A DNA stretch of 62,342 bases, counting the filler, from Trypethelium eluteriae (Eukaryota): NCBI GenBank assembly GCA_051942245.1. It is 2 parts of 2 records of this genome, joined end to end, with 100 filler letters (N's around TTAATTAATTAA, not from the genome) between each part and the next. Parts side by side here need not be neighbours in the genome. Positions count along the whole stretch, not along the records: positions 31,251 to 62,342 come from JAVECL010000279.1; 1 more part is not named here. One strand, 5' to 3'. The notes under the pieces were generated by a model that made no database searches, was not told where the DNA came from, and was given only the letters and a program-made list of their open reading frames with translations. Below, piece by piece: positions 49,158-61,371 of this stretch; the stretch's first letter is position 1; every line of letters starts with the position of its first letter. The position numbers were made by a program, and so were the translations under genes.

Positions 49158-49943
49158 AGTAGCGGTTGCGCGCGTCAAGCGATTGAAGCAGCTAGGGTAA
49201 CGAAGCAAAAAATCTTGTAGCAAAGAGAAATTGATCGGCAGCAAACAGTACGGAGTCTTGTGACGGGCAAGTGAATTGGTGGGCGGGTGTGAAACAAACA
49301 GAAAGCTGTCGTCGTGTGTATCTTTCAGCGGATGACGTAACCCGCCGGTGGCTTGAGACTAATTCTTATCACACCAGCCATTGGCCAGGGCAATTTGCTT
49401 GTGATTGTGGCGCCAACTTTATCTCCCTATGAACTGGAACTTGATCTGCATGAATCGCAAACCTGTGGATTTCCCAGACGGCGACATTGGAGACAGGCGA
49501 ATATCCTAGAGACCGTTGAGATCAATTCTAATGTCTGTGTAAGTGTAAGCAAAAGCGCTGCTAAGTCTGAGGATCCCCGGAGGCTGGAAAAGCAGGGACG
49601 GCTAGGATGTGCTCGAATAGCACCGTCTCTTTGGTTATGTAGGATACTGGGTTGATGAATTTCCTTTTACTAATTAATGGATCCTTCGTTGACGGATATT
49701 CAATTCATTAAGTAGTAGGTACATGTAGTTTGTTTTATTGAAGCGGCTTGTTCTATATTATCACATGAATTATCCGAGCGGATTCGACATCCTCGGAATG
49801 TCCGCATTTCAGACACCATGTGGCGATCATTGATCCGTATGCGTGAATATAAGTATTTCTATCTCGAGATTTGTCTTATTAAAGACGTCATTTCCGTTTC
49901 CCTTCCAGAATCTTAATGTCAAGAAATCGCCAAAGTGATCAAG

Positions 49944-50990
49944 ATGGGCGTTCAATCTACGATAAACTCATCAATGAAATCGACATGGCGCAGGACAGAT
50001 CGGACCTCGTGGACCTCCTATCAGAAACTCGTCAATTCATTAGGCATCTATCACGTCTCGCTGAACAAGAGGATTCCGATACACCAAAAAGATGATCCTA
50101 TGCCTAACTTACCTGACTGGCGTGTGCACTGCTGGATCTTGATCCACGCCCTCATCCCCATCGCCATTCAACAAATCTACTGCTCCCTCTTCAATCGTAA
50201 CTTGCACCCAATCGCGGCCTTCTTCCTCTACAGCATGGCCTTCAAATGCAATGGGATTCGCGAGATCCAAATCCTCCGTCAATTAGGGCACCGGTACGGT
50301 TTTCTGGACGGCGACAAACACTTCCGCGACGAAGTGCCGGATGACTGCGTGGCCAAGGTCCTTTATTCGCTCTTCTCCACTGCCACTTTTCGTTGCATGA
50401 TAGGCGTCATGCTCAGCTATCGACGTAGCCAGCTGCCCTCCTCACTCAGTCTCCCCTGGCTCGTCGTCGAAATCGGGGCGTACAGCATTGTGCTTGACTT
50501 CTGGTTCTACTGGTATCATCGCTGCATGCACGAGGTCGATGGGTTGTGGAAGTATCATCGCACGCATCACCTGACCAAGCATCCAAATCCGCTATTGACT
50601 CTGTATGCGGATTACGAGCAGGAAATTTTCGATATTGCGGGCGTACCGTTGATGACATATGGGACGTTGAAGCTGATGGGGTTCCCCATGGGGTTTTATG
50701 AGTGGTGGATCTGTCAGCAATATGTTGTATTTACGGAATTGTTCGGACACAGTGGACTGAGGATTTATGCTACACCACCATCGACAGTAACCTGGTTGTT
50801 GAGGCTCTTTGATGCGGAGCTACAAACCGAGGACCATGACCTGCATCATCGGAAAGGATGGAGGAAAAGTCATAATTACGGCAAGCAGACTTTGGTTTGG
50901 GACCGCCTATTCAACACCTGCCATCCACGCATCGAAGCGACGAAAGAAAACGCCGATTATGACAACCCTGCTATTATGCCGCTATTTTAG
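49944..50990 (+). CDS. Fatty acid hydroxylase/sterol desaturase superfamily di-iron membrane enzyme; single exon
   Basis: His boxes DFWFYWYHRCMH, YHRTHH, GHSG and HDLHH...NYG; also GFLDGDKH-RD and TKHPNPLLT. Confidence 0.92.
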   Translation: MGVQSTINSSMKSTWRRTDRTSWTSYQKLVNSLGIYHVSLNKRIPIHQKDDPMPNLPDWRVHCWILIHALIPIAIQQIYCSLFNRNLHPIAAFFLYSMAFKCNGIREIQILRQLGHRYGFLDGDKHFRDEVPDDCVAKVLYSLFSTATFRCMIGVMLSYRRSQLPSSLSLPWLVVEIGAYSIVLDFWFYWYHRCMHEVDGLWKYHRTHHLTKHPNPLLTLYADYEQEIFDIAGVPLMTYGTLKLMGFPMGFYEWWICQQYVVFTELFGHSGLRIYATPPSTVTWLLRLFDAELQTEDHDLHHRKGWRKSHNYGKQTLVWDRLFNTCHPRIEATKENADYDNPAIMPLF

Positions 50991-51232
50991 ACTTCAAGTT
51001 GTCCTTATTCGGAAGTTGATATTCTGTTCTCAAAAGTAGACTGCTTTACTATGCTACACCATGTCCTTTTGGCGCCGACCTTGCTGGGGGGTGCCCGGAT
51101 CCCTTTTTCGTACTATATGACTTTACGCATCTACTCAATCAAAATCTACCACATGACACCACTGCTTTTGAATACAGATGTGAGAACTTCCATCGGCCTC
51201 GAACATTTAATGCTTAGTGTGACCACCAGAAG

Positions 51233-51311
51233 GAGTATTAGGACAAAAGTGTTTGGGCAAGCCCCAGTAATTTTCCCATGCCAGCGAGCGGACACTTTTT
51301 TCGCATGACTG
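51233..51311. mobile_element. Second, degenerate copy of the 79-bp MITE-like element (inverted relative to 36097-36175)
   Basis: The reverse complement aligns ungapped to 36097-36175 with 68/79 identity; the TA flanks are lost. Confidence 0.72.
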
Positions 51312-51990
51312 CATACCTGCAAGATCATTACTCAATGTAAGCGCCCATACTGGGGGCCGGGTCTTGGTCCATCAATGCACCTCGAAGAATTAAAACTATG
51401 TTCCAGGCTAAAAGGAAAGATCCAGACAAGACATCGGCACAGGGCTCCCCTTATTCAAGAATGTTTGGACTGAAAGGGGACTCACCGTGTCCTCGACTGG
51501 GAGTAAACGTTGCTAAGCCTGCCTCATGTAGAGTCTCAGATACCTGAGAGGGACGTGTATTGGGTGGGAAACAGTACATCGGACTGGCGAATTTTGACGT
51601 TCTGCGGAAAGGTCGGGATGAAAATTTGGTCAGGTCCTTGCTGACTTGGGAAAATGATGTCAATGCTTCTTCTCATGTGCAATCCACCAGGAACAACAAC
51701 GGATCCTCAGGGACCACTGCTGCTGGTTTTACGTTTCGAATCGTGCATTTGGGAAGAAATCTATCTGCATGTCGAGCGATCGGAGTGAGATCTTTACCCG
51801 CAACAGTTTCAACAAATCCACAGTTGACATATGTCCCAAGTCGGATGTAATTTTGCGTATAATACCTTTCTAAGGTGCATTATCTTCAACAACGAAGTGC
51901 CTTCTAGCTTCCTTCAAATTCTTCAATTTTCAATTTTCAATTTTTTTTTTTTCATCTTCTAAAATCCAGGGGGAGCAAAACGTCATCAAC

Positions 51991-53910
51991 ATGTCGTTGT
52001 CCACTGAGCTCAAAGCCCTCGCTCAGAGAAAACGGGCTCAACAAGCGTCACGTATTCCTTCAGAATGGCGTCTTGCCTCTATCCCTTCCTTTACTAACAG
52101 TAACGATATCATTCACACTTGCGGCATCCTATCTCCACAAGAGATCTCCATTACTGCTATCACGGACGCCCAGGTACTCCGGGACAAAATGGTTTCCAAA
52201 GAACTTTCTTCTCTTGATGTCACAACAGCATTTTGCAAACGCGCAGCAGTGGCGCAGCAGTTGATTGGTTGCTGTACAGAAATGTTCTTTGAGCGAGCCT
52301 TAGAGAGGGCAAGGCAGTTGGATGAAAGGTTGGAGCGGACGGGGAAGCCGGCGGGTCCGCTACATGGTATACCGGTGTCGATTAAAGATTCGTTTGAGAT
52401 AGAAGGTTTGGATACCACGATCGGTAAGTGACCTATTCGCGCAAGTCAATCAGAGGTAGGTCACATGAAGGAACTGATGAGATAACAAAGGCTGGCTCGG
52501 TCTCATCGATAAGCCCGCGAACACGAATGCCGCTGGCGTCGACATCCTTCTTTCCCTAGGCGCAGTCCTTTATGTCAAAAGCAACATTCCCCAATCACTT
52601 ATGGTCTGATCCTTCTCCTCCCTTCTGAATCCTTTATATCTGCTCACCTTCCTGCCAGATGTCCGATTCCTACAACCACGTTTTTGGCCAGTCCGTTAAT
52701 GCTCTCAATCCTAATCTCATCTCCGGCGGTTCCTCGGGTGGGGAAGCTGCACTCGTCGGCTCTCACTCTTCTGTCCTGGGGATCGGAACTGACATTGGTG
52801 GCTCGATACGCATTCCTGCGAACCTTCAAGGAGTCTACGGACTCATGCCCAGTGTCGGTCGAGTACCATATGAATCCTCAGCTAAGGACCAGGAGTATAT
52901 GGTTCTTCCTGTAGCAGGGCCACTTGCGAGTAGTTTGGGTAGCGTAGAGCTGTTGATGGAAACGTTGAGCGAAGAACGGGTGTGGGACATGCATCCTAGG
53001 TTATTGCCGGTGCCGTGGAGAAAAGAGATGGCCAGTATACCGCAAAGGAAGGTAAAGGTGGGGATTGTGATGGATGATGGAGTTGTGAAGCCCCAGCCGC
53101 CAATTTCACGGGCGATGAGGGTGGTTGAGGATATGCTAAGGAAAGGGGGGCATGAAGGTTGGTCTTTTCTCGTGGATTAACGGGTGCAGTGCATTGCTGA
53201 CGATGACAGTCGTGGAATGGGATCCGAAGCCACATATCGAGGGAGTTCATTTGTGGGAGACAGCTGTGAAAGCAGATGGCGGAAGGAAATGCCGGAATTA
53301 TTGTGACTTGATCGGAGAGCCTCTAATTGAGGGGATGGTCGTGGGAACGCCACAGGATGAGCTTACGGTTGTTCAACGACAAGAGGTGTGTCAAACCTCA
53401 AAAACCCCATTGCCTACTACTGATTGCTGGCAAAGCTTGGTCTACAGAAACTTGAATATGAGAAAGCCTTCCTCCAACGTTGGCGTGAGAGTGGTGTAGA
53501 CGCTCTAATAATGCCCGTCATGCCATGGGTTGCATATCCTCCAAAAGCATGGGTCAAGAGTAAGCAATGGTTAGGCTATACAGGGCTTTGGAACCTTCTT
53601 AACTATACATCACTGGCAATACCTGTCACGACAGTTGATCCAATTGTTGACAAGAAAGAAAATGACGGCTTTTTGGATGGCTCGCCCCGCAACGATTCGG
53701 ATACATTTAACCGTGATCAATGTGAGTGATGTGATGCCTGATTTCAGAGACATGCTGATCAATGAATAAGATGATCCTGAGTTGGTAACAGGTATGCCGG
53801 TTGGGGTGCAGATCATCACCGGACGATTTGGTGAAGAGAAGGCGGTTGGCATTGCGAAGCTTATCGAAAGCCTTCCTGATTCTCTAACATTTGCTTGTCG
53901 TCACACTTGA
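51991..53910 (+). CDS. Amidase-signature family enzyme (acetamidase/FAAH-like); multi-exon
   Basis: GPLHGIPVSIKD (Lys), GGSSGGE, GIGTDIGGSIRIPA (Ser-cisSer), YTGLWNLLNY and MPVGVQI; last exon ends TGA at 53910. Confidence 0.93.
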
Positions 53911-54889
53911 AAGCAATGGTATCCTAGGAATCAAAGATTGGTTGTAGGCACGATGGATCAGATATGGTGCTTAGAGGAACTGAGGGGTTACTGTATAGGA
54001 ATACTAGAGCTATGGATAGAAGTCATTCAGGAGCTGCTTCAAGCATTCCTAGAGTTCCGGAGACAAAACCTAGAAGATGGATACGGCTACTAGAGCTGTC
54101 GCCATTGCCTAGAATAAAACTACCTTAATTACAGTCGCACTAGGATTGCAATTGGAAATGTTGAGGGAGCATTCAAGGTTCAATGGTAAAGCTAGTGATT
54201 CTTGTCCGGGAGTGTTCTAGCGTCTCCAGAAGTGTTAAAAGCTAATATAAGAATACCGGAAACGTCCTCTATAGGATCTTGTTCGATATCCCGCTAGTCT
54301 TCAATACACGATCGAGCTTAACACTGTTGAAGGGTCCGAAGCAGATGTAGAGGCCAAAATAGAGCTCACTTTAGATTGCCCATTACATGAGCCTGAAAAG
54401 TGCCGAGACCGAGGCTTAAAAGCTAGGAAGCTTCTCGACAGATGAGGATCCGGGAGACAGCGAAGTCTCTGACCATCTTGAGATAAAATACTAGAATCTC
54501 GGTAGCGGTTTGAAGAGTAGTGGAGTGATGCCGAGTGAAGCCCCGCCGGTTCGTATGCCTGGATTGAGCATAGCGCTACGGGATTTCGAATCCAGATCTG
54601 GGGAGGGGCAGAAGACGGAGCTCCACCAAGCTCTTATCGCTCCTACGATATGTAGGCACGCCACATGATTAAATTGATAGCTTCATAATGATGGATGGCA
54701 CGCGTCAATTGTAGGTAATCAAAAGCGAGGCAATCGCCCAATTTTGTTGGTAGATCTTCTCAATTCTCAATTCTCAATCTTCAACTCCCTCTTCTGCTTC
54801 AACGCGTCTCCCTGCAGGCTCCTTGATCCTTTTCACAGCCTATCACTCACCAGCGACTATACGGCTCGAAAGAGTCACCATCGAGCAAC

Positions 54890-56986
54890 ATGGTGCTTGA
54901 GCGATTGAAGCAGATGGCGTCACACGTCACTGGTCAACTTCCGCCGCCACATCCTTTCGATCCATTGAGCGAGACTGAGATCGAGCGCGCTGTTGCCATT
55001 GTCCGAAAGGAACACGATTCCCTCATTTTCAATGCTGTAACGCTTTGGGAGCCAAAGAAGAAGGACATGCTTGCATGGCTTTCCAATCCTGAAACCACAT
55101 CTCGACCCCATCGAGTAGCGGATGTTGTTGCAATTGGTCGCGGTAGTAAGGTCTACGATGGCTTGATCGATCTGGAGGAAGAAAGTATTTTGAAGTGGGA
55201 ATTAACAGAGGGAGTACAGCCTCTCATCACCATGGAAGATCTTCAGATTGTCGAAGGGGTTGCGCGAAGAGATCCCAAAGTCATTGAGCAATGTGGGATT
55301 ATCGGTATTCCGCCCGAGGACATGGACAAGGTGTATTGCGATCCATGGACTATTGGCTACGATGAGCGATTCGGAAATAAAGTCCGCCTCCAACAAGCAT
55401 TAATGTATTACCGTCCTCATGTGGATGACTCTCAATACACTTATCCACTGGATTTCTGTCCTATTTTCAATTCAGACACTCGCGAAATCATCCACATTGA
55501 CGTACCAAAAGTGCGAAGACCAATCAACAAAGCACCTCCAAACAATTACCACAGTGCTGCAATTGAGGAGGAAGGTGGCCACCGCAAAGATTTGAAGCCA
55601 ATCTACATTTCACAGCCTGAGGGCGTTTCGTTCACAGTCGACGGAAGAGTCATCTCTTGGCAGAACTGGAAATTTCACGTCGGATTTAATTATCGTGAAG
55701 GAATAGTCTTGAGCAACATCACCTACAGCGACAAGGGAAATGAACGTGGAGTGTTTTACCGAGTATCGCTGGCCGAAATGGTGGTCCCATACGGTAATCC
55801 TGAGCATCCTCATCATCGAAAACACGCCTTCGATTTGGGTGAATACGGAGGTGGCTACATGACCAATAGTCTCAGTCTCGGCTGTGACTGCAAAGGCGCG
55901 ATTCATTACATGGATGCTGCATTCGTTAACGGAGCTGGTGCAAGTCAGGTCATCAAGAACGCTATCTGTATCCATGAAGAGGACGCTGGCATTCTATTCA
56001 AGCATACGGATTTTCGCGATGAGTCTGTCACCATTACAAGAGCAAGGAAACTCATCGTCTCGCACATCTTCACTGCCGCCAACTACGAATACTGTGTGTA
56101 CTGGATCTTCCATCAGGACGGTACGATTCAACTCGAGATCAAACTCACTGGTATTCTCAATACTTATGCCATGAATCCCGGCGAAGATACCGAAGGCTGG
56201 GGCACCGAAGTCTACCCCGGTGTCAATGCCCATAACCATCAGCATCTCTTCTGCCTACGTCTTGACCCCAACATCGACGGACCCAATAACACCATCTTCC
56301 AAGTCGACGCCGCCCGTGGTCCTGGCGACGTGGGCAGCACCGAGAACAAATATGGCAATGCCTTCTACGCCAGGAAGACCAAGTACAGCACCGTTACTGA
56401 GGGCGTCGCCGATTATGACGGCAGCACCTCCCGCACTTGGGAAATGTGCAACCCGAACAAGCTCAACCCTTTCTCCCACAAACCCGTCAGCTACAAGCTC
56501 GTGTCGCGCGAAGTCCCCGCCCTCCTCCCCAAAGAAGGTGGTCTCGTCTGGAAGCGTGCCGGTTTCGCCCGCCACGCCGTGCACGTCACGCGGTACTCCG
56601 ACTCGCAAATCCACCCGGCGGGTCGGCACGTGCCGCAGACGTCTGGGGAGCCGAGCATGGGCTTGCCGCAGTGGATCGATGAGGACCCGAATGCGAGTAT
56701 TGAGAATACGGATGTAGTGCTGTGGCATACGTTCGGCATCACACATTTCCCGAGCCCAGAGGATTTCCCCATCATGCCGGCGGAGCCGATGACGTTGTTG
56801 TTGCGGCCAAGGAATTTCTTTGAAAGGAACCCGGCGTTAGATGTACCGCCTAGTTACTCGGTGACTCCGAGTCAGATGAAAAAGGGAGGAATGGTGGGTG
56901 GAGTGAAGGGCGTGGTGGATGGAGTGAGTAGGTTGGCATTCGGAGAGAGGAAGGAGAAAGGGGGAAGTAATTGTGCCTGTGATTGA
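54890..56986 (+). CDS. Copper amine oxidase (TPQ-dependent, peroxisomal type); single exon
   Basis: HPFDPLS, KHAFDLGEYG (catalytic Asp), LGCDC, ANYEY (TPQ site), HNHQH (Cu ligands) and HFPSPEDFPIMP. Confidence 0.97.
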   Translation: MVLERLKQMASHVTGQLPPPHPFDPLSETEIERAVAIVRKEHDSLIFNAVTLWEPKKKDMLAWLSNPETTSRPHRVADVVAIGRGSKVYDGLIDLEEESILKWELTEGVQPLITMEDLQIVEGVARRDPKVIEQCGIIGIPPEDMDKVYCDPWTIGYDERFGNKVRLQQALMYYRPHVDDSQYTYPLDFCPIFNSDTREIIHIDVPKVRRPINKAPPNNYHSAAIEEEGGHRKDLKPIYISQPEGVSFTVDGRVISWQNWKFHVGFNYREGIVLSNITYSDKGNERGVFYRVSLAEMVVPYGNPEHPHHRKHAFDLGEYGGGYMTNSLSLGCDCKGAIHYMDAAFVNGAGASQVIKNAICIHEEDAGILFKHTDFRDESVTITRARKLIVSHIFTAANYEYCVYWIFHQDGTIQLEIKLTGILNTYAMNPGEDTEGWGTEVYPGVNAHNHQHLFCLRLDPNIDGPNNTIFQVDAARGPGDVGSTENKYGNAFYARKTKYSTVTEGVADYDGSTSRTWEMCNPNKLNPFSHKPVSYKLVSREVPALLPKEGGLVWKRAGFARHAVHVTRYSDSQIHPAGRHVPQTSGEPSMGLPQWIDEDPNASIENTDVVLWHTFGITHFPSPEDFPIMPAEPMTLLLRPRNFFERNPALDVPPSYSVTPSQMKKGGMVGGVKGVVDGVSRLAFGERKEKGGSNCACD

Positions 56987-57461
56987 GATGTCTTTTTAGG
57001 ACATCTATCGAAACTGAGAAAAACAACTTTGTAGGCTCGTAAGGTTGACTTGTACCTCCTTCAATCGACTTATGCAATGTTCTCCACTTCTTGTGCAGTG
57101 GTATATCGCCGTACACTCAACCTGTTCGACAGTCTACGTCCTCGTCATTCAATACAGGAGCAATACCTCTTGACAGCCCACCTCCTCAATGACAGCAGTA
57201 GAATTAAGGGGTGTCAAGGCGGGTTAGTGCTCCAAAGCCTTATACCTTCGCGCTATTACCTATTCCTTCGATCCAGATAGTAGCAAAATGGCAACCACGT
57301 TCACTATTCATCTTCAAGAGTGGCAGATAGAAGTCGAACCCTTCAAGTCAGATTGCTTTGACGTTGATACATAACATTACAAATGATACGTCATTGTTAT
57401 ACAGTTGTCATCAATCGACCATCCCTCGTCAATTATCCGATAGTCAACTCAGCTCTAAACC

Positions 57462-58985
57462 TTACCTCCGTCCTTTCTTCAGGATCGGCGGTACAGCCGG
57501 CACAGTATCTTTGATACCCTCACTCGGTCGCGAACGACTTGAATAGGAGTTGAAAGACTTCTTGTGTCCTAGGTTCCTCGGATCACCGTGCCCTTTCTCA
57601 AGATGCGTAGGCGCTGACAGAGCATTGTGCGAATTCGTACGTTCGATACGCTCAGAGGACAGGGAGATTTTGCGCTTCGTGTAGGCTATGAACTTGCTTG
57701 GTGATGGTGCGCGACGGATTAATGGACCGAGTGGAGGTAGGCAGGCGGCGAGCACACCAAGAGAGACTTCGACAAGGGTCCAAAAAGCTGGATTGATTAC
57801 CCGCACTTCTAGAACGTGAGCTTTCGCTTGGACAACATGAGGAGGTTGAAGGACAGGTATTGTACTCACATCCTCCTGGCTCAGGCTTGACAGTTGGTGG
57901 TGGTTCCCATCCCATTTGCTGTCTGAAATCAGCGCAAGAGTATCTTGAGGAAACTTTTCCCGTAAATGAAAGAAGTGTTGAGATGAAATTAAAGAGTTCT
58001 CATCAAGGATGAATGACCGTTGAATTATGTAGAATGATCGATCAACCAAGCACCAGGGGATATCGGCCGTCCAATAGCAGTTATGAGGTTGTAGAATCGG
58101 TGGATACACTTACACCTGTAGAATATGCCTCTGCAACAAATCCAAGTCGCATTGCTGCTGCAGCTGTTGAACTAGATCGTAAATTAGCAACACAGCATAG
58201 TAATATCAGGAATGTCCCTTACAGAGTACCGAGAACGAAGACAAGACTCACTCCCCATTTCTCTCTTCGAGTCATCTTCAAGTCTTGAATGGAGAAAAAT
58301 GGCATAATGACAATCAAGACATCCCCAACAACATCAGTTACCGCGAAGATTAGGAGTTCCAATCCATGATTTGTGCAATGAGCAGCAGCCGTTTCGCGAG
58401 CCTTCCATTGGATAGCAAAGTCAGTGCCACAAGCAAAGACTTCGCTCCAGAAGAAAGCGATGGCCCAGATAGCAATAAGAATCAACATAATGTTGTTGAA
58501 GAGCCTAAAGCGGTCACGGATAGAGAAAACACGACGGTAGAAAAAGAGGACGCTCAGCTTGATAGCGCCATACGCGGGCTTTTCTATCACCACATTGATA
58601 TAGTTGAACTGTGACGGAGCGACGATCGATTAGTCTGACGATTCACAATCGGCGATAATATCAAGACTTTACCTTTTGTTCAAGGTAGTCCTTTTGGGGC
58701 GTAACTGTGGTATCCTGGCTAAGGTCCCCAAGAACAGTGGCTACATGAAGACAAAAGTCGATTAGTCACCTCTCTCGAACTCCATATTCATCGTATATCC
58801 GTACATGTGATTTGCAAGGCCCCCATACCACAGACCAACAAGCTGCCAATAACAATGAAGACATCATCGGCACCAACATAGCTGGGTTGAAGATGAAGCC
58901 GTACCCAGAATCGCAAAAATACGGCAATGACTCCAAATAAGGGCAACATCACCGCTGTGACAGTCAAAGAAGCCGGAGAATACAT
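57462..58985 (-). CDS. PTH11-like (fungal rhodopsin-domain) integral membrane protein, no CFEM domain; multi-exon
   Basis: AVFLRFWVR...GADD, IKLSVLFFYRRVF, DVVGDVLIVIMP...LKM...K and FWTLVEVSLGVLAACLP. Confidence 0.88.
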
Positions 58986-60582
58986 TCTTGTGGGAACCTT
59001 CAAAAGCGAGCGGAGAGAGTCTGAGATGTGAAGGCTACATTTCGCAGACTCATGGTTTTGGAGGCATTTTTGAATGAGAACGTTCCGCAAGGCTGATGAC
59101 CAGGGATCAGTCTCAGCTTTATGTCGGAGCTATATCTAGAAAATATCCATTCATCTCATGGGCCAAAGGCAGATGACAGATTCAGGCAGAACGCGTTACC
59201 CTGTCCGGCGTCACTGATGCTATTGGGGCCGTGATTGCAGATATAGGCATACATGTACTCTCTAGGTCCCATGCCGCGGACTTGCTTTGGTCTGCGAGGT
59301 ATGGGTGACCGTTATTCGGCGGAAGTCTAGTTAACTAGTCGCTGTTGGTGGCGTCTGTCCGTCCGGCTGAAAGCGTCCGATACGATAATACGCGTTGCCA
59401 TATCAGTCGCACATCCTTGCCAGACAGGAGAGCAACGACGCAGGCACTGCAGGTAATTTTGTGACCGCCCTAATCATCAGCTTCGCTATTGTTAAAGATC
59501 TACCTGAATCCATTTAAATCAGATGTCACGCAGTTGAGGTTTCCTATACTTTACTCTAGAGGTAGTGGCGGGTCTTTCCGGGTTCTAAATTCACCTGCGG
59601 AGCTAATTATGAATTATTCAATCCGTACATACGGAATAGGTGCATCTTCTATAGCAAGGCCCAAGTATGTGAATGCTTCGCAACTCTTTGAAGCGGACAG
59701 CAAAGCTAACAGCTGTTGAAATTGGTATCTAGCTTTGGGGTAAACTCCGGTCCTCACCACCTCACGCACCTCAGGCCGCGAGCTCAAGTCTACTCCGTAC
59801 CTACTGTATGCCTCTAAATTTGCCAAGGACCTAGCTAACTAAATTATGCCTCTTCATCATCCATGTTCTTGCGCCAGCTTCTCCGCGCACTCGATACAAA
59901 TTACCATCCCAATAACCTGCACATCTGCTTCCGTTGTCATCACCATCAGTGGGAATGGCCCTTTAAATCCTCACATACTGTCAGGTTATCCGGAATATTC
60001 AAAGCATTCACATGGTACCTATTGTCCATTGTCGATTAGACGGGGAACCCCTCGGTACACAGACCAATTGAGACGAGCTAGTGGACGCACACAATTAGCT
60101 GCTCAAACGTCCTTGAATTCTGGATGTTACGGTAATATATATTTTTGGGGATCTTTGATCATGTCGCTGGGAAGATTGTTTGCGCTACCTTGGTATCATA
60201 GTGACAGCTCTTCCCTGTGCTCCGTAGCCTACTCTATGTCTTACAAATCCTCTGTATCTACTTGGATCCTATTATGACCCTGTTTTGGAAGTTTTATCAC
60301 GTCTGTGAATTTTCTATTCTGTAAAAAGCCTAGATTATCATCTTACCACTTTTGGTCATATCATTCAACTGTGTTCCATCCCAACAGAAAGTTAACATAC
60401 AATATTGAGCCAACTTCTTCTCAGACCACATCTGGACCATGTATAAAATAAACAATTCCTTCCCTGGGACTCTGATCATTCTATCAATCAAATAAGTTCA
60501 TCACCGCGAAGATCCGACTATTTCAACCTTCAAGTTTCTCTTACTATCCCTCAAACTCAAGACCCATCTCTCACTACGTACA

Positions 60583-61002
60583 ATGAAGACTGCCACACTT
60601 CTTCTATGGGCTTTAAGCCTGCTAGCCGTTTCAATGTCGAACGCTTTTTCACTACACCACCCTCAAGGTGTAAACGAGGCCCCTGATGACGACGATCGCA
60701 CATGGTGTTATGTGGATGATGGAGACAAAGAGTTTATGATTTGGGGTAATAGCAAGTGGGACCCGACAAAATTGCTGTGGGGTGAAGGGCTTCGGTACTG
60801 GCTCAGTACTTGTGACCTGATTGAGGAGTTCGACTTCCAATACATTGATCCAGAGCTAGATCCGAAGGGCGGACATTGGAAGGCCAGTGGTAGGACACAC
60901 CATCATCCGGACAAGTGCTTGGAGAAGGACTGGGTATGGGAAGGGGCAGGGGCACCGGAACCGTTGAAGTGCTATAAAGAAGAAGCTCTTTCAATATGGT
61001 GA
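60583..61002 (+). CDS. Small secreted Cys-containing protein (139 aa), candidate effector
   Basis: Signal peptide MKTATLLLWALSLLAVSMSNA; four Cys; Trp/acidic-rich mature part; TATA-like TATAAAA about 140 nt upstream. Confidence 0.78.
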   Translation: MKTATLLLWALSLLAVSMSNAFSLHHPQGVNEAPDDDDRTWCYVDDGDKEFMIWGNSKWDPTKLLWGEGLRYWLSTCDLIEEFDFQYIDPELDPKGGHWKASGRTHHHPDKCLEKDWVWEGAGAPEPLKCYKEEALSIW

Positions 61003-61371
61003 TTATCTACGATACGCTAGAGTGAAAGCGAGGCTACAGAGTGCAAAATTCTTGCTCGAGAAGGAGACGCCCGGCATGTTAGGAAAGAGCTATGATTTGT
61101 CGAAGGGTTGTATCATGAAAATTACCATGGCTTGATTCAACAGAGCTTGTGTCCAGGTATCTTATCGAAAGGTGTTAAGACGGTAGTAAAATCGACCTAG
61201 CAGCTCCTGAGTCATGATGTACAGAGAATGTAATCAAATCAATACGAAAATGTGACTTTACTGAAGCTTGTAAGTGATGAAAGAAGAGGATGATGTTTTG
61301 ATATCTTCATGGTGTGTATGAGGGACTTTGCTTGGCATTTCATTATTGGGTTCGCACCGGAGAGTTGATAC

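Noticed and set aside
59480..60280. Short ORFs (e.g. 59614-59826) as a possible decayed gene
   Set aside because: Fragmentary, with non-ATG starts or no identifiable homology; BLASTX would be needed.
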